A DNA stretch of 64,000 nucleotides from Auanema rhodensis (taxonomy: Eukaryota > Animalia > Nematoda): the NCBI GenBank assembly GCA_964057225.1, contig OZ059896.1:10106001-10170000 (forward strand), written 5' to 3'. Under the pieces are notes generated by a model. That model did not search any database and was not told the origin of the DNA. It worked only from the letters and a program-made list of their open reading frames with translations. The translations under genes and the position numbers were made by a program. Positions within the stretch are counted from its first letter, which is position 1, and each line of letters begins with the position of its first letter. Of this stretch, positions 41,974-54,284 are shown piece by piece.

Positions 41974-44900
41974 TTAAGCCCCGAATTGAAGTATTCGAAC
42001 AATGATATCCTTGTTCTCATTGGATATAGCTTCTCGACAGGCACTTACAATTGCTCTAGCTGGTTCTCCAACTGAAATAAAAAGATTATAATAATACTTA
42101 ATGTTCTACTATACCTCTTAGTTTTGATGCATTTTCGATAATTTTATTTAATTTTCGAAGTGATGATAAAACTCTGTCATTATTGGATGTTTTTAAAAGA
42201 AAAGCTTGTCTTGCTTCTCGTTCAAAATTTTTCATTCGGGTAAAATACCGTTTAGTGAGATCCCTAAAAACATTTTTTTATAAATAAATAATAAAAATTA
42301 TCATTACCAATCTTCAAGAACAATAGCATCTTCAGCGCGTAAAATAATTTCTTTCAAAAGTTTCAGTCGATCTGTTAATTCTGCTGCTAAACGATCTTTT
42401 ACATTATGCATTGTATCAATCTAAAAAACAAAAATCATATTTTATTAATTATATTTTTGATTTTAACCTCTGTAACAATTTCTTCAATTTCCTTAAATTG
42501 TTTTGGAAAAACTGCATTTGATTCCAATTTATCAATACTCAAGAAATTCGCCAATGATTGTACAAGACTTGCTGCTGATTCTAATGAATCAATATGTATA
42601 GTCATCTAGAAATTGATTAGGTTTATATAATTTATAGTTATCAATTATATTGAATACTTTTCCTTCTGTCGATTCGTGAGTAATAAGCAAACTATGCTCT
42701 TTGTTTGGGGCTAATTCTATAAATTTCGCATACACGTTTGTCGCATCTGGATTCAGTTGGTCTCCACTTATAACAAATGATTGTTGAAGCCAATCATGCA
42801 GCTGAAATATAATTAATTAATATACAAAATTATTTAATTTACATACTCTTTGTGTACGAGTTTTTAAAATAAATTCTACATGTCCTTCCGGCATATTCCA
42901 TTCGCTATGGTCTGTAACAAGAGCAAAACGCGCAAACTTAGGAATGTGTTGAATACATTCAAATACAAATAGTTTCGGTCTAAATGTATATGTTTTTATA
43001 ATTTTATATGTAATATACAATTACTTATCAGGTCTTCCTAGAAATACACGAAGACTAATATCATTTTCACTATCAGATTGTGGTAATAATGGCAATAATA
43101 TCTCGTCACCATTTCCATCGAATTTTGTTGGAATCCTAAATTAAAAAATTTTATTTTAATTTAGTTCACAAATACCTTACCATATATAAGAATCACCATC
43201 AAACATACCTTCTGCGAATGCAACTACACCGGTTATACAAACCATATTTGTTGTTTTTAATAAAATTTGCAACATTCGTTGTTCATAATCAACTAAATAT
43301 TATTTTTAATACTCAAATATATAATCAGCAATTTTACTAGCAAAGTTTGAACTCAAATTTGTGTTCGCTGGAATACGATCACGTTCTTTTTCAGCTTCTG
43401 AGATTTGTTCCTCGGCCTCAAAATTACTCAATTCCATCTAAAAATATTAATAAAAGAGATATAAACGAGTATACGGAACTTGTGCACATTGACAAACATT
43501 AGGTTCAAGACTATATCTGTGGGTAAAATATAAAATAATAAATTCATACCAGTAAATTATGTTTTTTCTGTCCAAATGATCTCAGTTCGTCCTGAGTTTT
43601 ATCAACCTTTTCTGCTTTTGTTTCCAAACCATAACCAAGAACTGAATCAAAAGAATTTAAATCCACATTTGAAATAAGAGAATAAATACCTTTTCCATCG
43701 ATGGATATTAATGTTATTTCTTCTTCATTAGTTTCTGTTGAAATATATGACAATGCTGAGGCAACCTAATCACTTTTTTGATTATTTTTTATATTTTTTA
43801 TTAAATTATCCTGACCTGTATAGGTTTATCAGGTAATTTGAAATGTAAAGATTCATTTGTATTAATATAGCGAATATCAACCTGAAATATATTAGTATTA
43901 TAGAAGAAGATATGTAGATAATATTTTCAATATTTCAATAGTTATAGATATTTTCTTGGTTACCTTTCCATTACTCCAAATACATGTGAATAAATCTTCT
44001 TGACTTGGAAATTTCAAGACTGTATTTATGACATATTTCGATTTGATACGCCATATACGTTGATCTTTCTTATATAATCCTAATGTACCATTAGCTAGAG
44101 CATAAACAAAAAGATTTCTGTAATCAATGTTTCTTTTATACAGGCACAAGTAGAAGTAAAGTACTTTGAAATTGCTGTCAAATGTGTTATTGAATCAGTT
44201 TCCATAATCTCTGATCTCATTAAATCATCTTTGAAAATACGAATCTCGAAATCGGGTGATCCCACAATAAGCTAAACTATATTATAAAATTAACAAAAAA
44301 AACTCTGTAAACACAGTTGCTTGTTTATGGAAAAACGAAGATATTTGGTAAAGTCAATAAACAAATCGTACCTCTAGTTTACCATCATCGTCGTAGTCAC
44401 AAAGGCACATTGTTGTTACGGAATCACCTGTAAAACACGTTTTGCCATCTCAACTTATTCCTATATAACTAACGATGAAATATAAATATATATTATGTAT
44501 GTTAGATTATTATATATGCATATGCAAATATTAGTATTTTTATTTTAAATTAATTGAATTCCGTATAATTTTCTTTTTTTTTCTTTTTTTTTCTGCTTAT
44601 TCGTATCTAACTGAACAATCAATTTATTAAAACAAAACCTGTTACAGTCCAGTACTTATCATTTCCTTTCTCATCAAATCCCCATATTGCACAGTTTCCT
44701 CCACAAATAATCATCATTTCCCTATCTTCTAACTGTCCTACCTAAAAAATTCATCAATAATATTGTATTGATGTTCTGAAAGGTGTTTAAACTAACCGTT
44801 AAGCAAGACACACCATCTGGTATATCTTTTTGAAAAACTGTTGTATTTTTATATGTATCGAATACAATCAGCTGTGATTCAGTTCCAATTACTAAATAAT

Positions 44901-45206
44901 CGTACCCATTCCCAAAAGGAGCACAGGTAATGCATTTTATTTTGTCGACAATGTTCAGAGTGCTTTCAATATCTGAAACATTAAATTCTACATTTTAAGA
45001 AAATTTAGTGTTTCTTCACTTTTAATAATAACTTTATTAGATGTAGATACTGCAATTAGTGTTGGATCTGTTTTAGGTTCTAATGTTGCAAATGATGAAC
45101 AATTTGGAAGTATTCTATGATTCAAAGAAAAGTTGAATTTTGGAATCAGAATTAAAGCACTTTCAGTTTTGGGTCCAGTTTCTACTAAGGGCTCTTCGTC
45201 ATCCAT
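41974..45206 (-). CDS. bbs-2: Bardet-Biedl syndrome 2 protein (BBSome subunit)
   Basis: FNFSLNHRILP, DIPDGVSCL, IICGGNCAIWGFD, WTVTGDSV, LIVGSPDFEIRIFKDD, FVYALANGTLGLY...RIWRIKSK, LRVGEPARAIVSACR; an upstream X-box supports a ciliary gene. Confidence 0.95.
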
Positions 45207-45300
45207 AGTTATCACAAAACGAGTAATAAATAGTTTTTAAATTTGTGAATAAAATACTAGACCAATTTTTAAGCCGTATGTGCGCTTACCAAATAGTTGT

Positions 45301-45314
45301 GTTGCCATGGCAAC
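45301..45314. promoter_or_regulatory. X-box (RFX/DAF-19 site) of bbs-2
   Basis: Perfect palindromic GTTGCCATGGCAAC about 95 bp upstream of the bbs-2 ATG, the typical position in nematode ciliary genes. Confidence 0.92.
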
Positions 45315-45889
45315 ATAATAATAGTTGTATCTCGCCACGAAATATACTTGGATACGATATTCTGTGATGATTTTAAGAACTGTTGTTCATTACTCACATC
45401 ATTTTTTTCTCTTGCAAAGTTACAAAGTATAAGGTTATTTCCATTTAAGTTTTTTTCAAGGTAAAAAATTTTTAGATAGAAACTAATCTATTTCTGACGC
45501 ATATGTTATACACTGATTAACAATGTGTTATGGATTCTGGGGAAATAATATTTATTTACTTTTAAAATAGTTAGAAATTTTGGCCCTGTTATGTAACAAA
45601 ACAGTATGGATTGAAACATGGTCTAATGCTAATGTTTAAAAAGTACAGTAACCTGCACATCTAATACTACCATCTTTCTATTTAATTTTTTGAAAATATT
45701 TTTCATACTTCTTTGGCAATATTACTGTTTAGGCTTTTTTCGCTGTTATTTTTATGTTGATGACTGTTTTATCTATAGCTTAAATGTCTGCTATTATTCT
45801 GACATAATTAATATTAAATCTCCTAAAAGCTTTAAATATGTGTTCAGGCTGTTGCATCATTATATATAATATCATAACTTTCAGCCAAT

Positions 45890-47469
45890 ATGCCTAGAAA
45901 GGACAGTGAGAGCAGCTGCTCATCTCATGAATCTCATGAAGAGGAAAATGAAACTCTTTCTAATGACACTGTTCTTAACAAATATCAACAAGCTGCCGAT
46001 ATTACAAATGCTGTTTTGAAGGTATTGCTTAGATTTTATTCCATTATATAATTTTTTTTTGTTCTAGGCCGTTATTGCTGAAGTTAAAGTAGGAGCTGAG
46101 GTAGGAGCTCTTTGCGATCTTGGGGATAAACTTATTCTGGAGAAAACAGCTAAGATTTTCAAGAAGGAAAAGAATGTCAGCAAGGTAGTTTTGTAATCTA
46201 AATTAAATTTTTATTAAATTTTAAATAGGGTATTGCTATGCCAACATGTGTATCTGTTGATAACTGTATCTGCCACTTTTCACCCTTGAAATCTGATGCT
46301 CCTGTTGTTTTGAAGGAAGGACAAATTGTCAAGGTAATTTTTTGAAAGTTTTATGATCTTCATATCCATGGTTTCATAGATCGACTTGGGAACTAACGTT
46401 GATGGATTTGTTGCCAGTGCTGCTCACACTGTTGTTGTCGGAGCATCTAAGGTACATTTGCCACATTTTGTTTAAAATAATAATTATCCATATTAGGATA
46501 AGAAAGTCTCTGGAAAGAATGCTGATCTCATCAAGGCCACTCATGATGCTCTTGAAATTGCCATCCGTATGCTTCGCCCAGGAAACGTTAATATGGATAT
46601 TACCGCAGCTATTGATAAGGTATTTATTTTTTGCCTTTTGTTTTGTACTTATCTTTTAAAGGTTGCTGCCGAATACGGAGTTACCCCTATTGAGAACATG
46701 GTCTCCCACTCTTTAGAGAGAAATCAAACTGATGGAGAAAAACAAATTATTCAAAACCCTGGAGAGAAGCAAAGAAGTGAAATGGAGAAGGTTCTTTAAA
46801 TTGAGTTGTAAAAATTATGCATGTTTCTTTAGCAAACCATTGATAAGTTTGAAGCTTATGCTATTGATGTTTTGTTCTCTACTGGAAAAGGAAAAGCCAA
46901 GGATCTTGACACAAGAACTACCGTTTTCAAGAGAAACGAGGAGCTTCAGTACTCATTAAAAATGAAGGCTTCCAGAGTATTCTTCACCGAGTGTGCCAAT
47001 AAGGTAGATTTTTTTTAGATGGACAAGAAAACAAGTTATTTGAAAATTTCAGCACGGTTCTATGGTATTCAGTCTCCGCTCATTCGAAGATGAAACTAAG
47101 GCTAGAATGGGAGTTGTAGAGTGCGAGAAGCACGGTCTTGTCAGACCTTACCATGTAAATCTCGGAGAGTTTTAGGAATTCCTATTTTTTCTTCTTTTAG
47201 GTTCTCTATGAGAAGGAAGGTGATGTTGTTGCCCAATTCAAGGCAACCGTTCTCGTTATGGCCAATGGATTACTTAAGGTAGCCGGTTTGCCATTAGAAG
47301 ATGTTTATGAACCAACTGCCAAGCTCCAGGTTAGCATTTATATCCATGGAATATATTTAAATTTTTACTTTAGGATGCTACCCTTATCCAGACTTTGAAC
47401 TCCGCTCTTAAGCAAAAGAAGAAGAAGGCTGAGAAGACTGATGCTGCTAAGGCTGAAGCCAAGGCTTAA
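45890..47469 (+). CDS. PA2G4: Proliferation-associated 2G4/EBP1 (inactive M24 peptidase fold)
   Basis: [71 protein letters not shown], Lys-rich tail; strongly biased codons. Confidence 0.95.
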
Positions 47470-47978
47470 ATACAACTAAATCTTTCACATGTTAGCTGAA
47501 CGGGAGAGCACTCTCATTGTTTTGTCGGGCAAATGCTTTGATTTCCTGAACTAATACATTTATATGTTTCTACCTAATTCTCACGTAACTGCTTGTTGAG
47601 CCTTGGTTTGTTTTCTACAATCCGGTCTTAGTTAGGTCCTGTCCCGGTCATTAAGCGTTCTTTGTTTTCGAGTTCTATTGATTATGAAGTTTTGCGAATT
47701 TTATGGGATATGGTCGTTGATTGTTTTGTTTCTTGTTTCTATTCATCTTCGAATGAAGTGTGTATATGATTAAAAATTATTCTCTTTGAAATTTTATCTT
47801 ATCACTGTAAAGGTAAATAGTTTTTACGTGGAAAAAAAGTTGTGTTTGCAAGCATGCTATTATTGTGTTGGATTTCGCAACTAGAAATGTTGTCGGTAAT
47901 ATGAAAAGCTGATAATCAAACATATTGTTGGGAATGGTATTGTCGAAATCTCAAAATGTTAGACAGTTTCCATTTTGG

Positions 47979-48062
47979 GCTCCATTGGCGCAGTTGGTTA
48001 GCGCGTGGTACTTATAGTCATAAGAAATGCCGAGGTCAGCAGTTCGATCCTGCTATGGAGCA
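47979..48062 (+). tRNA. tRNA-Ile(TAT) with a 10 nt intron (48017-48026)
   Basis: Acceptor stem GCTCCAT/ATGGAGC, A box TGGCGCAGTTGG, anticodon arm TGGTA-CTTATA^A-TGCCG, B box GTTCGATCC, downstream T-run Pol III terminator. Confidence 0.95.
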
Positions 48063-48964
48063 AAGTTTTTTTGTAATTTTATTCGTTTTGCATAAACAGT
48101 TTAGAGTACATCTGGGCATTGTTGGCAATATTCAAAATAGAAAATTTAAAAAATAAGAACGTATAAGAACGAATAAATGATCATGGTTTAAGATGAGAGT
48201 AAAAATTAATTATATTTTTGCTTTTTTATGTATTTGACACACAAATTAAACATTTTAAGTATTACATATTTAGCTTCTTTTAAAAGTAATGTTATAAAAG
48301 CTAAATATTAATGCCTTTGGTTTTGTAACACTTTATGCTGTTCTAATCTCAAAATAGTAATGTTGAAGATCTTTATCGTTTTAAATAAGTTTTATATATT
48401 ATATATTATCAATCAGCAACTCGACCTTGTCAATATATACCAATAAAATTTAAAAAAATATTATATTTCTTGTGCTCTTTTATTAATATATGTTTGTTTG
48501 TTTGTTTGTTTGTTTTTCTGTTAATTATTTGTAAATAAACAAAAATATTATCTAATTCTCTGTTTTTCGTAACTGTTTCGTGTAAATTTCAGAAGAGTAT
48601 TCATGCTATTTGCTTCTTTTTCTTCTTTCCTTTCTTTTTCTTTTGCTTTATTGGATTCCAAGACGTTTTTTTACTTCTTTCTAAAAAAATATTAAGCTTA
48701 ACAATATTTGAAAATATCATATTGACATCTGACTAAACAAGGGCGAAAAAAGTTAAATAAATTTAAATAGCTAATGGTCAAGCGCGAAAATTCGTTAAGA
48801 CTAGATGGAACAAAGAGTTATCCGCTCACTCAGGTATGTTGAGATCGATGGATTTGTTCTTCGCCTAAACGATAGCTTTCAGATTTAATCTTATATTCAG
48901 GCAATGAAAGAAAATTCATTCATCTTTTATTTCCTATGAATTGACAGTGTTGAAGCCGACAATC

Positions 48965-50579
48965 ATGAAAACATATAGTCGATACCAATATCAGCAACAA
49001 TTTAAATCATACAGTAAGTTGTGAAAGTTTCTATTTTAAATATTATTCTATTCAAAGATTTTATTTTAGTAATTTTTTAAATTTCAGATTATATCAAATT
49101 CAATAGTAATGATTTGACTGTTAAATTGAGTCGTCCAATAGTTTTAGAGTTAGCTGCAATTATTATTTGTCTAACAACAATTCCCGTTTTTAAAATAATG
49201 TTTCCAACATGGATTGATATGTATTCTACTCCATTTGAAACAAGTTGGTTTATGTTATTATATTATTATAATATTCAATATAATTATATATTTAGTTGAT
49301 ACAAAAATGTCAATGAATCGAACAATTAATTTCTTAATGGAGCCTGTGATTGAAAGTCCTCTTGACATCATTGTTATGATTAATTCACATCCGAGTGAAT
49401 ATCAATTACGACGAGATATTCGAAAATCCTGGGGAAATCCAAAGAATTTCGATGATACTTATACAAAAATCATATTTTTAGTTGGAAAACCGGTTAGTTG
49501 ACTTTTGAATTCTTAAATTGAAGATCCGGCTTTCATTTTTTCGGTAGGAAGATCTATAGGTTTGAGAAATTCATCCTTCTTCAGAGATAAAATCGGAGAA
49601 CATCGTTAACTTGATTTTGTTGTAGAAGTGCATGTAAAAGTAAAAAAATACTGTATGAAAACAAGTTAAATATGGAGTAAATAATAGTTATTTTGGAATA
49701 ATTTAATATAACTCTGATGTTATCTCTTTGAAAAAATTTCTTTTTAATTTTGATTGATTTTCTAGGAAACTGAGAAGGAACTCGAGGAAGTTGTTGATGA
49801 ACATAGAGATTTCAAAGATATTCTCGTAGCTGATATTAAAGAAGATTACTATCTATTATCTATAAAAACCTACGCGATGTTGTTTTATAAAATGACAAAG
49901 CTTCCACAAACACGATGCCTAGTTAAAGCTGATAGTGATAATGTACTTAATCTACATAACTATGAAAAGCTGTGCGAAGAAACAAGTATATAATTACTAA
50001 TAGAAGGTTTTAAATATACTATTTTTATATATTTCAGTTGCTCCTCGAATTGTTGGAAGTTGTGCTGTAGATACAACTGTTTTACGGACGAAATCTAAAT
50101 GGGCTATTCCTGTTGATATATACCCACTTCCACAATGGCCGACATACTGTTCAACTGGAACCTATGTTTTTTGTGGTACTATAACTTTAAACTATTTGTT
50201 CAATGCTTTTTCTTTTTTTTTGTTTTTTTTCGGTTCAAACAAATTTTCGTAAATTATAGGAGAAGATGTACCGGAACAGATTTTACGCGCTGCTGAAGAA
50301 ACGCAGTTTTTCATTTCCACCAACTTTCGGTGAAATTGAGATTTTTTGATCTTTAAAAAATTTTCTTGTAGGCGACTACCAGAAGATGTCCTATTTACCG
50401 GAATTTTTGCTGAAAAAGCTGGGATTACAAGAAAACATGTTGGTACAATGACTTTCCGAGACAAGCCAACATTTGCATGCCGAACAAGGCAATATACGTA
50501 TAGTATTCACATGCATAGACGGAAAAATCCTATTGCATATCATTTACGAATGTTATCTCAAGAAGGTATATTATGCTAA
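48965..50579 (+). CDS. Beta-1,3-galactosyltransferase family (GT31), type II membrane
   Basis: TM segment, then RRDIRKSWG, IIFLVG, DILVADIKEDYYLLSIKT, LVKADSD (DxD), KW.IP...WPTYCSTGTY, PEDVLFTGIFAEK; the start codon is less certain. Confidence 0.9.
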
Positions 50580-51204
50580 ATATATATATATATATATTGA
50601 AGTATGTATGTATTTAATAGATGTAAGTAGTTATTAACACAAATTGTTTCTTTTTTTTGGATTGTTTGTTGGAAATGTGCAAAGATCTCTTGTACGGTAT
50701 CTAACGCATGACGGGTCACTTTCAGCAAAATTTTTTATTTATTATCGGTTGAAAAGCTTAATGAATACTTTTCCACTTTTCTTCGTTGTTACAATCAGTT
50801 TTTCTGTTGATTAAGTGGAATTATTGAAAGCTTAGCACAACTTAATCTCATGTGATAGGGTCACATTGGTTGGAATCTGAGGAATGCCTGGCGTATGACG
50901 TTTCAAAAATTGCAGAGATGCCTACTTTTCAAGTGACCAGAGAGCTTCATTAGAGACTAATTAGATAAGAGAATTCTGAGAGTTGATGTTTGTCAAAGGT
51001 CGGCATATACATATCTATTATCAATGACGTCATGAAATTGTTCGCAATCTTTGATTTTGATCTTATTTTTTTACATTAAAGTTAACAAATTGATGTTTAA
51101 AATGAAATAGCATTCAATACGAAACAAAAGAAAAGCAACGTGTGACTGATACGTTACCTTAAATCGCGTGGAGAAATCAGCGAATAAACCTTTTCTCTGG
51201 AAAT

Positions 51205-51213
51205 GTATATAAG
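51205..51213 (+). promoter_or_regulatory. TATA box GTATATAAG
   Basis: Matches the nematode TATA consensus, 33 bp before the ATG of the small secreted peptide gene. Confidence 0.65.
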
Positions 51214-51245
51214 GTTGTTTTCAAAGAACAGAAGTTAAATCAAAA

Positions 51246-51680
51246 ATGAAAACCGTCTTCGTTCTTCTTCTTCTCGTTGGAGTTACCAATGCTATTCTTG
51301 GAGGTAATTATTTACTTTACTATATTATATTTTACTATATAACTATATAACTTTTATTATTTCTTTTCTTATAAAACTATTATAGCCTTGTTGGGCACCG
51401 GACCAGTCTATGGTAATATGAATGCTCATGGAGCTTACGGATCTGGATACGGAGGACGCGGAGGATACGGACAACAAGGATATGGTGCTCAAGGATACGG
51501 ACATGGTGGATATGGTATGTGAAAATTTAGTTTTTATTCAATAATTAATGTAAACAATCTTTGTAGGAGCACATAGCGGACTCGGATTACACACCCCAAT
51601 GGGCGGAGCTCACGGTATGGGTTGATACAGAAATATAATTCAAATTTATTATTTTAGCCGGACTTGGATATCACGGATAA
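51246..51680 (+). CDS. 85 aa secreted Gly/Tyr/His-rich peptide (NLP/CNC/FIPR/GRSP-like composition), 4 exons, absent from the ORF track
   Basis: Three phase-1 GT-AG introns give MKTVFVLLLLVGVTNAILGALLGTGPVYGNMNAHGAYGSGYGGRGGYGQQGYGAQGYGHGGYGAHSGLGLHTPMGGAHAGLGYHG*; signal peptide, GGA codon bias, TATA box and downstream AATAAA. Confidence 0.88.
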
Positions 51681-53214
51681 GCCAATAATATATCAAAACC
51701 AATTTAAAGAAGAAAAATTACCTTTAATTATATGATTTTAAATTTATTTTAATAAATTCTTTGTAATTTTTTCAATGTAAAGCTAAAATTTTTTGAAAAT
51801 ATTCACATGTATATATACAAGAATTTTATGAAATTGAAGAAGAGAACATCTAAAGATATAGTTTGTACATTAGTTTTTGAGGTATTTTTAGAAATCTTCA
51901 ACCTAATAGTTGGCCAATAGGTAATATTTCAAGAAGAAACTCAAAGACGTTTTGCAGATTCATTGTTCAGTATCATATAACCGGATGTGAAATAAAATTA
52001 AAGATGTCTTTGCAATGATAGAAAAGTTTTATTGTTAAACAGCATTTTCTTATTGTAGTTCATGTGTTTATCAAATAAAATTTTTAATTGTTAATAAATT
52101 TACATGATGAAGGGCGTGTCTATGATTGTTTATTGGGCTAAGCTCTTTGTCCAATACATTTGTCTCTCCCACGTTTTCCGGAAATCGTGGAATGTACTCA
52201 TTCCTACCAATGGTAAAAAGTTGTTCAATAGCAAGATCTTGTCAGGTTTGCTCGGTGACAACCGGTATTAATCACGAATGTTTTGTGTCTGTGATATAAT
52301 GTCTGACGAGCAACTGACGCATTCTCAACATTCCAATGGCTATCATTGAGCCTGAGGCTGAAATATGGGCGGATCCTGTAGGTCAGTCACACATTCATAC
52401 GATCATACTCACGTAGATTCTGAGTAAGTCAGACAGTCATGTATGCTGACACATATCTATACATCATTCCAGTTTATAAGAAAAAATGTTTTATTGATAT
52501 TACTATTGTAGATCTAATCCAATATAGTATTCTTATTCATTAGAATTAATTTCAAAAGCATTTATTTATTTTTTTATTAATCATACTAAATATATTTTAT
52601 TATATTATTTATATATTTGAAAATTATTGAATATTTTCTATTCTTTGTTCCGATTTCTTTTCTTTTACATGTCACTTATACCCCCCTTGATTGTGTCTTA
52701 ATACGGAGTTTGTCATATGACAAGCGAATTCCATGAGAACATAAATTCTATCAATGCTTTATACTTTATAGCTTGTAAATACTTTTCTGTACTATAATAT
52801 TCATAATATAAATAATATAGATTAGACCTATATTATAATCAACAGAGAAAGAGAGAGAGAAGGAGAGATAGAGAGAGAGAGAGAGGGGTGGAGAGAGTGG
52901 GCACGGGTCAAAAGTTTATAGTACAATTGCAATATTTTAAATTTTTTAGAAAATATTACGGCTAGTTTTTACAAAGAATGTTATTCTTTTCTTTATATTT
53001 TGAATAGATTGTGCAGAACAGTTTCACGGAATTAGAATAGAGAAGGATAGAGGGAGTGAGGGAGAGAGAGATTAGATTTCTCTTCATATTTCTATTTTTC
53101 CCTTGCTTAGTCAGATGTTATTCATATTGAATAGTAGAACTTGAGATCATTTATAAAAGAAATCTGTCGGATTAATACTTTCAAAGTTTATTTGATAACT
53201 AAGGTTCTAAGATC

Positions 53215-53215
<1 letters not shown>

Positions 53216-53275
<60 letters not shown>
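53216..53275. repeat. (CT)n microsatellite
   Basis: Directly visible. Confidence 0.9.
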
Positions 53276-54284
53276 ATTCTCTGCATATTATATATAAAGA
53301 GAGTTATCTTTGTTAACTAAAACATGAATGTTTTAAATAATATTATATAACTATATACATGAATATACTCTTTCATATCATCAATTTCTTACATTTTACA
53401 ATTTCGTTTCAATTTGTTTTTAGAGAAATGAAAAAGTTACAAAAAAGAATACTAGAAGGATTTTTTTCAAAAAAATGTTTTTTTTTCATTTATCTCTCAA
53501 AGTATTTCATCAACAATCTCATTTGAAACTTTTTTTATTCGAATCCGTGTCATTTGATTGTTGGCATGAAGTGTGAGAAACATTTTTTTGAAATCAAGAA
53601 AAAAGAAAAAGAAATCGTTTTGCGACGTCATATTTGAAATTTTTAGGATTAAAGACGAAAGGAGAATTCCGACATAATTCCCTAGACTCCATTTGTTTAT
53701 TTTCAAAACGTTTTTTAGAAGTTTGTAAACTTTGACTGATATTATCCAGAATCATCAACTGATCCTGTTTATGGTTTCTTTAAAAAAAACAATTTCATTT
53801 GATTCAAGTATGAAAAAACATTCTCAGATATAGACATTCTCATGTCAAATTCATTGAAATTGATTAATTTCATTTTATTCTTTATGTAGAACATGTGAAA
53901 CTAAGGATGAAAAACAATCTTCTTTAGTGATTGTATTCGTTTTACAACTCTCTGTAACATGATTGAGTAATTGTCTAGAAATTACCTGAATTCCAGTTAA
54001 ACACTCATTTTCTATTTTTGTAGTTGTTGTTATCTCAGACAACTTCTATATCCCTTGAGGTTCGTCAGTCGTCGGCCTCGACATTGATTCATATCCTTCA
54101 AAGCAAACATGCAGCTGTCCTTCTGTCTTTTCTTATTTTGGTTTGTGTGGAGATAAACTTTGTTTCTCTTTACTCATATTCAGTATAATTTTGATTATCC
54201 AACCATCAATCATCAATCGTCTTCATTTTTCTTTCAATATTTTTATTTATTTAACATATTGAAGATATTGTAATTCAGAATTCA

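Noticed and set aside
45753-45806. C/D-box-like TGATGA...CTGA with a 4 bp terminal stem upstream of PA2G4
   Set aside because: Too short (~54 nt), imperfect box C spacing and no evident rRNA guide
47956-48156. 66 aa ORF
   Set aside because: It overlaps the tRNA-Ile gene and is spurious
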